Source: a virus. From it: a DNA stretch of 64,000 nt. Shown piece after piece: positions 39,016 through 48,858 of this stretch. The stretch lies in the IMG/VR virus record IMGVR_UViG_3300049846_001393, positions 1 to 64,000 of that record; one strand, 5' to 3'. Position 1 is the stretch's first letter; each line of letters starts with the position of its first letter. The position numbers and the translations under genes are program-made. The notes beneath the pieces are model-generated. The model was not told the DNA's origin, did no database searches, and saw only the letters and a program-made list of their open reading frames with translations.

Positions 39016-39363
39016 TTACCTCGTTACTTCATCAGTTACTTTAAAAGATCCAAAGAACGGGCAGGAAACATCGCCATTCGAACCAGAGATAATTTCAATA
39101 TCATACTTGTAAGAACCTGGATCGAACAAAGAAGAAGTATCAGAATCAGAAATAAATAGTTCAATATAATTATCGGCAATAACAATACCACTATTTTCAG
39201 TAGTTAATTCAATTATTGCGTCAGAATCAAAATCAACTTTGATTTGCATTCTTCCTGTATAAGTAGAAAGATCTAAAGGCTTTTTATCTTTGTCAAAAAG
39301 ATACCACTTTTTTCTAAAAGTAGTTCCCTTCTTGCAAGAAAGAGGATACTTTATAGGAGTCAT
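39016..39363 (-). CDS. virion protein (BppU-N-like fibre adaptor)
   Basis: KGTTF, PLDLSTYTGRMQIK, LTTENSGI, GSYKYDIEI, EVTR: pattern common before collagen fibre genes. Confidence 0.65.
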   Translation of the reverse strand: MTPIKYPLSCKKGTTFRKKWYLFDKDKKPLDLSTYTGRMQIKVDFDSDAIIELTTENSGIVIADNYIELFISDSDTSSLFDPGSYKYDIEIISGSNGDVSCPFFGSFKVTDEVTR

Positions 39364-39365
39364 AA

Positions 39366-39719
39366 TTACGACTCCCAAGCAGGCTTAGCAGTAAGAATAT
39401 CTCCAACCCAATAAGTAGGTGTTGCACTAGAAGTTACAGAAATATAATACGTCTGCTTAGTAGCATCAGTAAAAGTCTCAACAATCTTATAAACAGAACC
39501 AGAAGGCTGAATAAGATCGTTCTCAACGACATCATTAAGAGACCACTCACCATCAGCATTAGCTGAAGTAGTCCTAGCGCCAGAAATAACGGTATCTGTA
39601 GAAGGAACTCTAGCAATGGGGGAAACATCAGTGTCCCAAGACAGGGTTACAGAAACCTGAGCAAAGCTCTGAGGTGACGAAGTTCCCGACCTGTTAATTT
39701 TATTCTCAATAGTAGCCAT
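39366..39719 (-). CDS. virion structural protein
   Basis: Beta-rich ADGEWS...P.GSVYKIVE, in the structural operon. Confidence 0.55.
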   Translation of the reverse strand: MATIENKINRSGTSSPQSFAQVSVTLSWDTDVSPIARVPSTDTVISGARTTSANADGEWSLNDVVENDLIQPSGSVYKIVETFTDATKQTYYISVTSSATPTYWVGDILTAKPAWES

Positions 39720-40249
39720 TATCCTACCTCGTCATCCATATAATTATCCATAATTTCAACGGCAATGGTCCACCAAAACTTATTGTATCTTAGATCCCAA
39801 TCCCTATTTCTAGTAATTTCAGGATTTTCAAACTCGCAATAAAAAATTTGTGGCTGACTTGACTGAGTTAGGTCATAAACCCTAAGTCCACCATCAGCAA
39901 TACCAGCATCTCTAAGAGCAGAAAACTTGCCCCTAATTATGTCATATACATCACCGGAAAGCTGAGTACCTATAGGATCATCCTGAGCAAAGATATCTAC
40001 ATAAGCAAAATGCTGTGTCTGCTCCAACATAGAACCCATCTCAAGTTCAGTAGAAAAAGAATCCTCTATAGAAACAGCAACAACATTTGGTTTAATTTCC
40101 TCAGAAGGATCATAAGGAGTTGACTTGACTGAAACAGGGAGATGTTTTCTATTCTCGCCAAACCAACCAAGTTCAGTAAGACCATCTTCGATCATCTTAC
40201 GAAAACTATCCCTAACAAGTCTAGTTCTTATACCACCAACATAACTCAT
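39719..40249 (-). CDS. putative tail terminator/completion protein
   Basis: Size, position and YVDIFA...LSGDV pattern. Confidence 0.55.
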   Translation of the reverse strand: MSYVGGIRTRLVRDSFRKMIEDGLTELGWFGENRKHLPVSVKSTPYDPSEEIKPNVVAVSIEDSFSTELEMGSMLEQTQHFAYVDIFAQDDPIGTQLSGDVYDIIRGKFSALRDAGIADGGLRVYDLTQSSQPQIFYCEFENPEITRNRDWDLRYNKFWWTIAVEIMDNYMDDEVG

Positions 40250-40701
40250 GACTCATCCACCGACATTAGATACATATTATAAACAGTAACTTCAAAAAGT
40301 CCAGTTGGTGGAGCAGTATAATCAATTACATAAGTATTGCCACCAAGCAAAACTTCATCAGCATCCTTAACCTGATCATAGTGAATATCAAGAATAGTCA
40401 ATATAACTCTATTGTTATCAAACTCACCCATGGCAGTGCCATTGCCATCAGAACCAGAGAACTGAACGGAGACAGGAACCTGAACATCAGGTTTAGAAAC
40501 TGTAGTAGCAGGCTCTCCAGTAAAGTCGTAAGGATTACCTTCAGGATCTGCTACATCATAAGTATAGTGTGTATTCCAGCGAAAAGTAGCCCTATCAGAA
40601 ACATTCTCTGGAAGACCCATCTCCATAGCAGAAGTAATAGCAGACCTGAAAAGAGCAGCATCAAACCCAGCGCCAAAATTAGGATCGGTAACTTTAGCCA
40701 T
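40246..40701 (-). CDS. putative head closure (stopper) protein
   Basis: Position after adaptor; LLGGNTYVI strand motif. Confidence 0.5.
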   Translation of the reverse strand: MAKVTDPNFGAGFDAALFRSAITSAMEMGLPENVSDRATFRWNTHYTYDVADPEGNPYDFTGEPATTVSKPDVQVPVSVQFSGSDGNGTAMGEFDNNRVILTILDIHYDQVKDADEVLLGGNTYVIDYTAPPTGLFEVTVYNMYLMSVDES

Positions 40702-41198
40702 CAGCCGTTCCAATCAATAAGACTACCACGCAGGGATTCGTCACGGCTCCTAACAGCATCAATATAGAAAGAATCAGTAAATCCACCATCAGAAAGACGC
40801 TGAAGAATCGTCGCCCTCTGAGCCAAAAGAGAATCAAGCAAAGACTTAATAACCTGAGCAGACTGCTGAGTTTCATACTCAACATCGCCAGCCCTAGCCC
40901 TGAACAAAGTCTTCAACTGCATAATCTGATTCTGATAAATATTGATCGCAGCATACATAATAACGATCTGCTGAAGATCCCTACCAAAAGTAGCATCGCC
41001 AGAAGCCGGTGAAACAATCCCGTCCTCGTCACAAACAAAGCCAGAGATAATGCCATCGTTATAGGCACTCCAAAAAGCATTGCGAAGACGGGTTAACCAC
41101 TCCGTATCAGACGCAGTAATAAACGGAGAAGTCGCACCAGGAACAGTCACAGCACCCTCAAGATCGCCAATGAGTTCACTTAAATCCACTGACGCCAT
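40701..41198 (-). CDS. putative head-tail adaptor
   Basis: Helical, RARAGDVEYE motif, AGGAGG SD, downstream of the capsid gene. Confidence 0.55.
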   Translation of the reverse strand: MASVDLSELIGDLEGAVTVPGATSPFITASDTEWLTRLRNAFWSAYNDGIISGFVCDEDGIVSPASGDATFGRDLQQIVIMYAAINIYQNQIMQLKTLFRARAGDVEYETQQSAQVIKSLLDSLLAQRATILQRLSDGGFTDSFYIDAVRSRDESLRGSLIDWNG

Positions 41199-41256
41199 GA
41201 GAACCTCCTGTTGACCTACACTTGATAAACGTCAACGTTATATGAAAATTTAGGTA

Positions 41257-41733
41257 CTATGGCTTGATAACCTCAACCTCAGAGACCTCAGCAACATCGC
41301 CACGAACCTCAGCAAGACGGCTCTCCAAAGCCCTGAACTGAGCCATAGAAACATTCAGAGACTCATCGCTTGCAAGCTCATGCATACGCTCCAAAGCAAT
41401 AACATTAGTAATGTCATCAAGTTTCTGAGAAAACGTCTTACCCTTAGTCTTAAGGATATCAAGCATATCAGTCTCAGTCAGATGATTAGGATTGCTAGCA
41501 ATCTCCTCATAATCATCAGCACTATCAACAAGACGCATAGGAGCAAGACGACCATTACTAAAAATGTCCATATCTGCAGAAGCAGCACGATCCTGATTCA
41601 ACTGACGCTCCTCAACAGAAATAGTCAACGACTGACCAGCCCTAATCGGAACAGAACGCAAAGCGCCCTTGTGATCATAGGTGAGAATAAAAACATCACC
41701 CTTGCCAATATTCGACCAAGTTTCCTTGTCCAT
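41257..41733 (-). CDS. hypothetical head-associated protein
   Basis: AGGAGG SD; directly after the capsid terminator. Confidence 0.6.
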   Translation of the reverse strand: MDKETWSNIGKGDVFILTYDHKGALRSVPIRAGQSLTISVEERQLNQDRAASADMDIFSNGRLAPMRLVDSADDYEEIASNPNHLTETDMLDILKTKGKTFSQKLDDITNVIALERMHELASDESLNVSMAQFRALESRLAEVRGDVAEVSEVEVIKP

Positions 41734-41791
41734 AACTAACCTCCTAAATCCATAATATAATAAACCAAGTCACACTAAAAATAAAAACAAA

Positions 41792-41822
41792 AAGGAAAAA
41801 GGGGAGGGTTTTACCCCTCCCC
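41792..41822 (-). terminator. intrinsic terminator after the major capsid gene
   Basis: GGGGAGGG/CCCTCCCC stem with a long T tract on the minus strand; near copy of the 769-800 terminator. Confidence 0.85.
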
Positions 41823-41845
41823 CAAATCCGACTAGATCAGAAAGA

Positions 41846-42796
41846 TCAAGCAGAGATGCTGGTATCCACGAATCGACGGACACGATCTGGGCGGTGAACA
41901 ACACCACCAAAGTCCTTCTTGCCGATGTAGTGCCAGTACCAGTTATCATCCTCCATGTACTCCTTCGACTTCATGCCACCCCAGAAGGCGAACTTAGAAG
42001 CGTCAGTTGAGATGACGTACATCTCGTTACCGGGGATGAAGGGCTCCTCATTCTCATCAAGGTAATTGGTGAGAGAGATGATGCTGGCGCCACGGTATGT
42101 GCCAAGAAGGCCACGGCTAACCATTTCCTCGTTGGTAGCAGGCAGGAAGCCAGAACCATTGTAGGAAGCACCAAGAAGCTCATCCATGATCTGCTCAGTC
42201 ATCGTAGGACGACCAACAATCACAACCTCACGGGTACGTGAGGCATCACGGACTGCAGTAAGAGCAGAGTTAAGAGCAGCAAGGCTCACGCTAGTACCCG
42301 AAACATAGTAGGGGCTAGATGAGGGGATTGCAGCCTGGAAGAGTGAGAAGACACGCTGGTTAACAGCAGCATCCATACGACGAACAGCAAGGTCCACAAG
42401 GGTAGCGGAGGTCTCAGCGAAGTTGGTCTCCATCTTCTCCTCAAACTCTGTTACGTGGAAACCAACCGTGTCACGGGTAATCTCCATTACGTCAGCGTTT
42501 AGAGTAGAAGCCTCAATGTGACCGCCACGGGCGACCCAGAAAGCCTTAAGACCACGAACTTCCTTTACGAAAGAACGGCCATCGAACGGGAGATTCTCAA
42601 CCTCAGCCATAAGGCTAAGAAGATTCTCATGCTCGAAACCCTCATAAATGGTCTCAGTCATTTCCTGAGCACGCTCACGACGCCACTGTGGATCATCAAA
42701 GTTCTCACGAGCCTCTGCGTTCAACTGGGCGACCTTCTGACGAAGGGCATCTAGTTCTGGATTTGATTCCTTACCGAAAAGCTTAAAGCTAGACAT
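41846..42796 (-). CDS. major capsid protein (HK97 fold)
   Basis: 316 aa, strong SD AAAGGAGG, AFWVARGG, LGTYRGASII, FGGVVHRPDRV; follows portal/protease/scaffold/decoration. Confidence 0.85.
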   Translation of the reverse strand: MSSFKLFGKESNPELDALRQKVAQLNAEARENFDDPQWRRERAQEMTETIYEGFEHENLLSLMAEVENLPFDGRSFVKEVRGLKAFWVARGGHIEASTLNADVMEITRDTVGFHVTEFEEKMETNFAETSATLVDLAVRRMDAAVNQRVFSLFQAAIPSSSPYYVSGTSVSLAALNSALTAVRDASRTREVVIVGRPTMTEQIMDELLGASYNGSGFLPATNEEMVSRGLLGTYRGASIISLTNYLDENEEPFIPGNEMYVISTDASKFAFWGGMKSKEYMEDDNWYWHYIGKKDFGGVVHRPDRVRRFVDTSISA

Positions 42797-42809
42797 TTTA
42801 ACCCTCCTT

Positions 42810-43373
42810 TCAGAAGTTAATACGGGCCTCAACCTCACCGGTTGAAGCATTGACGGCGGTTACAACAAGCCAACCATTAGCGGCAGTGGCAGTCTCAGCC
42901 CAGTAACCGGCAGAATCATTGCCAGTGCCGGGGGTGAGGTAGTCACCAACAGCGACAGTTGGAGTGGCACCAAGGCCAGCAACCATCACGCGAGCGGTTG
43001 GGTAATTCTGACGGGTGAGGAATGAAGTAGCAGTGGTATTCTTGAATGCCACCTTTACGTCCTCGCCATTTACAACCTGCACGGGCTCACCAGCGGGAAC
43101 CGTGTCGAAGTCAGAGTAGGTTGAGAGATATGGGTCCTGACCAATGTGCTGAATGTGCTCATAAACTAGAACACCGCCAGTACCTGGCTTGGGCTTGGCC
43201 TGAGCGCCAGTGGCAAGCTCTACACCAAGACGACCAGTAGCTGAATCGGCCTCACCGCTAAGTACCACAGGGGCACCAATGGGAAGGTCGGTTGAGCCAT
43301 CTAGGTAGTATCGGCCAGCGCGATTGCCGCCCTTAGGAGTTACTCTAAAAGAAAAATTACGACCGTAAGACAT
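42810..43373 (-). CDS. capsid decoration protein
   Basis: 187 aa, Gly/Thr beta-rich, strong SD, between scaffold and capsid. Confidence 0.7.
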   Translation of the reverse strand: MSYGRNFSFRVTPKGGNRAGRYYLDGSTDLPIGAPVVLSGEADSATGRLGVELATGAQAKPKPGTGGVLVYEHIQHIGQDPYLSTYSDFDTVPAGEPVQVVNGEDVKVAFKNTTATSFLTRQNYPTARVMVAGLGATPTVAVGDYLTPGTGNDSAGYWAETATAANGWLVVTAVNASTGEVEARINF

Positions 43374-43396
43374 TGCTAAACCCTCCTTTCAAAAAT

Positions 43397-44131
43397 TTAT
43401 AGGTAACGAACGTCAACACCACGGTTACGAGCGCCGAAAACATCAGCGGCAACAGAACCAGTTGTGGTGTGGTCATCATTGCGGACATTGGACATTGCAG
43501 TCTCGGGGATTACGTCAGCCTCAGCCTCACCATTCTCGTCCTCATCGGCGCGAGCGGTGGAAGCAACAGCCTTCCAATCCTCAATAACTGCCTCAAATGC
43601 GTCGTCCTCCATCGCTACCCAGCGATCAAGGTTGGCATCAATGTAATCATCTGCGAACGGAGCCGCAGTCTTTACTGCCTCGCGGCGAGCCTCACGACGG
43701 GCCTGAACCAGTGCAGCCTGCTCAATAGCAGCAGCCTCAGCATCTAGATAAGCAACAAGCTCATCATACTTTGCCTCAGCAGCAGCAACACGGATTTCAG
43801 CCTTATCAAGGTCTGCCTGTAGCTCGGCAATCTGACCATCCAATTCAGTACGAGCCTGAGAAGTACGAAGCTCCTCAATCTCTGACTGCAGCTCAGCGAC
43901 CTTAGTCTCGGCAGCAGCCTGAAGAGGGGCGACAGCCTCGGTTACAGCAGCAGTAAACTCATCTTCGGTATAAGTCTTCATGTCACCCCCTCCAATGGAG
44001 TAATCATTATTGTTAATGGAAATATCCTCATTGCAGAAGGGACAATCCTCTGCAATGTGATCGGCGGTTTCCGGCTTCTCTTTTAAGAGTAGATCATGAA
44101 AATCTTTAAGAATCATAACTTTACCTTTCAC
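43397..44131 (-). CDS. capsid scaffolding protein
   Basis: Acidic Ala/Glu coiled coil; possible internal start at 43981 with GGAGG SD. Confidence 0.7.
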   Translation of the reverse strand: MKGKVMILKDFHDLLLKEKPETADHIAEDCPFCNEDISINNNDYSIGGGDMKTYTEDEFTAAVTEAVAPLQAAAETKVAELQSEIEELRTSQARTELDGQIAELQADLDKAEIRVAAAEAKYDELVAYLDAEAAAIEQAALVQARREARREAVKTAAPFADDYIDANLDRWVAMEDDAFEAVIEDWKAVASTARADEDENGEAEADVIPETAMSNVRNDDHTTTGSVAADVFGARNRGVDVRYL

Positions 44132-44174
44132 GCCTGAAACAATAACGACTATGCGTAATTAAATTAAACTAAAA

Positions 44175-44999
44175 TTAAAGAATTGTCCTAAAATTAAGGA
44201 CGGTTTTTTCTGCGAGATGAAGTGCAGAAGGAGCATTGTCGTTATCTGAAGCAACTTCTTTTGCATTAGTTAGGCTAAGAATCTCAAACATTAGAGACTC
44301 CCACTTAGCTGGATCTAGGTGAGGAACACTACTAGCAACCTCATCATAAACTCGCTGTTTTTCCTCGTCAGACGCAACCTCATCAATAGAAGCGTTCTTC
44401 CAACCTGGACGATCAGGTGGAAGAATTAAACCACCTGCTAAGAAAGTCGGATTATTCAACTGACGATAAGAAGCACGGCTCTTAATGTGGTCACAATAAT
44501 TTTCTGACATTGGGCCGGCATAATCAAAAGTTTGCCCACAGCCCATTGGGCCAGCACAAGTTACAGACTCAGAAACGCACTCCATTGACTGGTGAAGAGC
44601 GCCCATATCATAAGCCTTCTCAACCATTCCAAGCTCCTCTGGGAAGTAATACTTCCAGAAAACTGAGGCTGTTTCGATATAAGCATTCATCTCCTGATCT
44701 TTAGGATAGATCATTTCCGAACCAACATATGCACCAACGATATAGTTCTGCCTATGACCCATATTCATTGGTGAATAGTCAATGCTTGGCTTGGAAACAC
44801 GAAGATCTTCAAGAGACCAATACTGACCATTGCTATTAGCATTGTCAGCCTCAACATACTTGCCAATAATATATCTAAACATTGGGTTTGTCTTTATGAC
44901 ACTTGAAGCCCAATGGGAAGCCATATCACGATCATGATTAATAAGTTCAGCCGATGATGTGAAATAAAATGAGTTTGAGTTCTCTGTTAAAATCGTCAT
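44175..44999 (-). CDS. prohead maturation protease with Zn-ribbon insert
   Basis: NSNGQYW, PMNMGH..IVG, QSMEC, C...CG..YCDHI, PTFLAGGLI..P. Confidence 0.7.
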   Translation of the reverse strand: MTILTENSNSFYFTSSAELINHDRDMASHWASSVIKTNPMFRYIIGKYVEADNANSNGQYWSLEDLRVSKPSIDYSPMNMGHRQNYIVGAYVGSEMIYPKDQEMNAYIETASVFWKYYFPEELGMVEKAYDMGALHQSMECVSESVTCAGPMGCGQTFDYAGPMSENYCDHIKSRASYRQLNNPTFLAGGLILPPDRPGWKNASIDEVASDEEKQRVYDEVASSVPHLDPAKWESLMFEILSLTNAKEVASDNDNAPSALHLAEKTVLNFRTIL

Positions 45000-45028
45000 A
45001 ATTGTTGAACGTCCTTTAAAACTACAAA

Positions 45029-46681
45029 TCAACTAGGCTTTACAACTGGGGTTGTAAACGATTCTGGATTAGTGCCACCAGTAGAACCACTACCATTTGG
45101 AGTGACAACACTACGTCCTTCTGGGTTTGCTGGGTTAACCGGATTTGGCGAAGAGAATGGAACATTAACTGGTGAGAAAATCTCATCCATAGTCTCTGCC
45201 TCACGCTGGCGCTTAATTGCCTCATCTTGTTCAAGAATGTCAAGTTCAGCAAGAATTGTTTCACGAGAAATATCGCCACGATCACGAAGCTGCTGCATGT
45301 AATTAGCAATATTTGGATCAAAGTCCAGAGCAATTCTTCTTGGATAGAAAGCCATCTTCGGCTCAGTCAAAAGCTGATCGTTCTTCATCCACATTGGGCG
45401 GAAAACGTTTCGCATGAACGAGTCACGAATATGGTCACGACGAGCCTCCATTGAAGAAGCAATAACCTTTAGAAGCTTCATTGAATCATCGGTTGCAGTA
45501 CCAGCAGCATAGTTGCCAGTTGATAGAATCTGATACATTCTTGCAGTAATACGTGAATCAATACCATTGTATCGCTCTGGAGCAAGAGTTTTATCAGTCT
45601 TTGGAGTAATGATTTCAATATTCAGACGATGGTCACCAACAATAATTGGAACACGAGAAGTTGTCTGAACCTGAGCACTTAATTGCTCCAACTCTTGCGG
45701 TCGGGCAGGATGGTCTTTGTCGCCTTTCTTAATCAAGATAATAGCATTAGTGCTTCCGAGGATTGCTGAACGGTCCATCTCGCGAAGCTGCTGCTTGAGA
45801 TCAAGAAGCTCGAACACCGACTCCATACGCACAGAAGCGAAACGCTGATAATGGGGGCGTGTTGATGTGATGCGCCAAACATTCTCTGGTCTTAGTAGAT
45901 ACATTCTGCTTTCTATCGCAGTCTGGCCAGTAAGCTCCATAAGATATCTAAGCTCATCTCTACCAGCATCCCTAATAGCGGGATTAGTTGAATTCCAAGG
46001 CTCATATTTTCTTTCAATCAACTGATTTACAATCAGATCAGAAGTATTATAACCAGCAAGAGTATCAAACTCCTGCGACTCTGACTTATCAGCAAGATAA
46101 ACCAATCTTTCCTGATTGAACATGAAGTTTCCAACAGGAATAACCTTCATAGGATCAAGATAGGTAATACCCTGAGGAACAAGAAGATCTTTATACTCCT
46201 TCTTCCTTCCCTTACCCTTAACCTTATAAGATTTTCTAGTATAAAGAACTGCGGGATAGCACTGAGAAATAGTGAACAGCTCTCTCCATCCTTCACGAAG
46301 ACGTTCTGGAAGATCGATCTCATCAACAATCTGATTCCAGATATTCTGCTCGTTCTCGTCATCACATTCCATAGCAATGCGCTTGAAAGCTAACTGCTCA
46401 GTAGTCTCAACTACGTTAGAAACAGCATCATCTCTTTCAACTGCCTGCTGAGCAATCTGGAACTTGTCAAAAATGCTAGAAGGATTCACATACCTATCAC
46501 GATCAAAGATCGTCCTTCTACGAGAAGCGCCCTGAGAATTAACAGCCCAACGGCGAATAGCAGCAACCTCAGGATGGCTCATAATTTCACTCCTGATTTC
46601 AGGTGTCATAGATACACCATCTTCAGCAATAAAAGAAATACCAAACTCTGGATCAAACTCAATTTCTGAACCTTCAGGCAT
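45029..46681 (-). CDS. portal protein
   Basis: 550 aa between terminase and protease; YLDP, LLDLKQQLREMD, IILIKKG, GDISRET. Confidence 0.8.
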   Translation of the reverse strand: MPEGSEIEFDPEFGISFIAEDGVSMTPEIRSEIMSHPEVAAIRRWAVNSQGASRRRTIFDRDRYVNPSSIFDKFQIAQQAVERDDAVSNVVETTEQLAFKRIAMECDDENEQNIWNQIVDEIDLPERLREGWRELFTISQCYPAVLYTRKSYKVKGKGRKKEYKDLLVPQGITYLDPMKVIPVGNFMFNQERLVYLADKSESQEFDTLAGYNTSDLIVNQLIERKYEPWNSTNPAIRDAGRDELRYLMELTGQTAIESRMYLLRPENVWRITSTRPHYQRFASVRMESVFELLDLKQQLREMDRSAILGSTNAIILIKKGDKDHPARPQELEQLSAQVQTTSRVPIIVGDHRLNIEIITPKTDKTLAPERYNGIDSRITARMYQILSTGNYAAGTATDDSMKLLKVIASSMEARRDHIRDSFMRNVFRPMWMKNDQLLTEPKMAFYPRRIALDFDPNIANYMQQLRDRGDISRETILAELDILEQDEAIKRQREAETMDEIFSPVNVPFSSPNPVNPANPEGRSVVTPNGSGSTGGTNPESFTTPVVKPS

Positions 46682-46683
46682 TT

Positions 46684-46986
46684 TTACCCCTTACTCATTT
46701 CCCACTCGGAAGTATTAATTGATGCTACTCTTGACCAAATTTTAAACTGAAAATCAGTCTCTTTCAGAAATGGAACAATCTCCTCAAACTTAAAATCATT
46801 TAAAAGACGATTCTTAGATGAACCTATCAGATTGTTCATATAAGTTGCTCTAGCTGAAAATCCAGAAAGTTTCTTAAGAATTCTTGAAGGATCATCCAAG
46901 TTTCCAAATTCACCCATTTCCCTCAAATAACCCAAAAGTTCCTCTCGCCAACCCTTAACTACCTCTTCTGAAGAGTTTTTTTCCAT
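46684..46986 (-). CDS. hypothetical protein
   Basis: GGAGG SD, coupled to the portal gene. Confidence 0.65.
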   Translation of the reverse strand: MEKNSSEEVVKGWREELLGYLREMGEFGNLDDPSRILKKLSGFSARATYMNNLIGSSKNRLLNDFKFEEIVPFLKETDFQFKIWSRVASINTSEWEMSKG

Positions 46987-47240
46987 TTTCTACCTCCATT
47001 TACGTCATTCAACCCGTTGAAATCAATTGCAGACTTTACAGCATCAGCAAGTGTTGGTGATCGCAAAATAAAACATTCGAACGGATATACCAGTTCTATA
47101 TAGAAAGTATTTTTTATAGAACTATTTACAACAATGAACCAGTCAGAAAAGCATTCATCGCATACCCAAAACTTTATAGAACCCTCTAATCCTCTAAGCT
47201 TTGGATAATCTGATCCGCACTGAATACAGGCGATGCTAGA
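46959..47240 (-). CDS. hypothetical Zn-ribbon protein; start unclear
   Basis: CIQCG...WVCDEC fills the gap after the terminase; no ATG immediately after the terminase stop. Confidence 0.35.
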   Translation of the reverse strand, partial: SSIACIQCGSDYPKLRGLEGSIKFWVCDECFSDWFIVVNSSIKNTFYIELVYPFECFILRSPTLADAVKSAIDFNGLNDVNGGRKWKKTLQKR

Positions 47241-48858
47241 GAAATAGCATTGGAGGTGGCTCCCACTGCCTGTCGTTGCTGTTGATGAAGTCTTCGATAA
47301 CTTGCTGCTGGAACGCAAGAACTGCCATACGACACGCATCAAGTGTGTGAAAGTTTCCATTGCTAAAGATCCTTTTCCTACCATAAGAGTCCATAGCCGC
47401 CTTAGCAAAACTCCAAGTCTGCCCCTGAAACTCAGCAATAATAGACTTATCGTAAGGAAGTATAAGCGTCTGTTCATCTACCATACCCCTAAGAATATCG
47501 GTACTCCACTCAAGAACATTCCTATGAATTGCAGCCTCTTTATAACCATCTGGAGAATTCTCATCAATAGTAATTGAATCATCAAATTCTGCAATAATCT
47601 TTTCAGAAAAGTTATAGCCCTTGATTCTTGATGTTAGATTTTTAAGATTAGGATCTTCCCTAGTTGCTTTCTGAACATAATCAAACAAAGGCAAACCAGC
47701 TCCAGTTGAGTCCATTGCAAAAGCGACTGGCCTATAGAGATCAAGAAGATGAAGAATCGCAGCAGCCTGATCTGGAGCAGCAACCTTCTTTAGAAGAATT
47801 CTTGCAAGAAGTTTAAGACAAGTCTTACCTTTTCTAGTTTTGTTATCTTCAGCAAAGATTACAATAGAACTAGGAGCAATAGTCCAACCAAGGTCCATGC
47901 CAATCCAAAAACGCTTATAAGATCTATGATTTCCTGGAAGATCTAGAAGAGGAATAATTGAACCATACTCACGTACAGCAGCCTCATCAATCTCTAAAGA
48001 TGTGTATTCAAATTCGTTATAATTGCTTCCAACATCAACATCAGTAGCAGCCATAAGACGGTAAAGTACAAAGATTGGTGAGTTCTGGTCACCGGGCAAA
48101 CCAAGAATATTACGTCGATAATCAACAGAATCTACGTGACCACCATACTCTTGAATCTTTTGCTCACGCTCTTCTGTAGTCCAGTTTGGGCGAAACATTG
48201 CCGGTAAAGCATGAACTTTCCAACCACTATCTGGCTGACAACGCTCATCGAAACCACCACCAACACCACGGGTTACCCCATGAGCACGCCAACGAGCACG
48301 GGGATTCTGGATCTTTACAGTCTCAATAATTTCTGCCCAAGCCTGTTCAGGGAAATCCGAAGCCTCGTCCTGTTCAAGCCAAAGAGGGTGAGTACCCTTC
48401 AAACCCTTACCATCACGCTGAGGAATACGGCCAATAATTCGACCTCCGTTGACAAAGTTAATCATGAAAGGTCTGTGCTTAATGCCACCACGACCCTTAG
48501 CAATCATCTCTCTTGCAAGCCTATTGTTAGTATATAGAGATTCAATGTTGTCGGTAACAGCATCAAGATGGATACCCTCTGGCGCTGTGATGACCATTTC
48601 TTCACCAGGGCAAACAAATGGGAAAGCGTAGGCCCTGAACTTGATTGACAACGATTTGCCAACTGAACGACTGCCTCTGTCAATCTGCTTCTGATCTTTA
48701 CATCTCCACCAGAACCACTGCACAGGCCAAGCCCTAAAAACGCTGTCATCCTGCGTTTCGTCAAGAAAAGAAAATTCTGCTAGATCAAGGCCAGACTCAT
48801 CTTGAAGTATAGAAAATAGGTAGCATTCCTCTTCTGAGAGATTCTCATAAACACTCAT
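47236..48858 (-). CDS. terL: terminase large subunit
   Basis: Walker A GSRSVGKS, Walker B LEQDEA, nuclease IGMDLG, MDSTGAG, HTLDACRMA. Confidence 0.9.
   Translation of the reverse strand: MSVYENLSEEECYLFSILQDESGLDLAEFSFLDETQDDSVFRAWPVQWFWWRCKDQKQIDRGSRSVGKSLSIKFRAYAFPFVCPGEEMVITAPEGIHLDAVTDNIESLYTNNRLAREMIAKGRGGIKHRPFMINFVNGGRIIGRIPQRDGKGLKGTHPLWLEQDEASDFPEQAWAEIIETVKIQNPRARWRAHGVTRGVGGGFDERCQPDSGWKVHALPAMFRPNWTTEEREQKIQEYGGHVDSVDYRRNILGLPGDQNSPIFVLYRLMAATDVDVGSNYNEFEYTSLEIDEAAVREYGSIIPLLDLPGNHRSYKRFWIGMDLGWTIAPSSIVIFAEDNKTRKGKTCLKLLARILLKKVAAPDQAAAILHLLDLYRPVAFAMDSTGAGLPLFDYVQKATREDPNLKNLTSRIKGYNFSEKIIAEFDDSITIDENSPDGYKEAAIHRNVLEWSTDILRGMVDEQTLILPYDKSIIAEFQGQTWSFAKAAMDSYGRKRIFSNGNFHTLDACRMAVLAFQQQVIEDFINSNDRQWEPPPMLFL

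Noticed and set aside
24202-39112. Numerous antisense or out-of-frame ORFs within the TMP, tail and collagen genes (e.g. 38375-39112, 28240-28809, 26243-26758)
   Set aside because: Shadow ORFs arising from codon bias and repeats of the real minus-strand genes.
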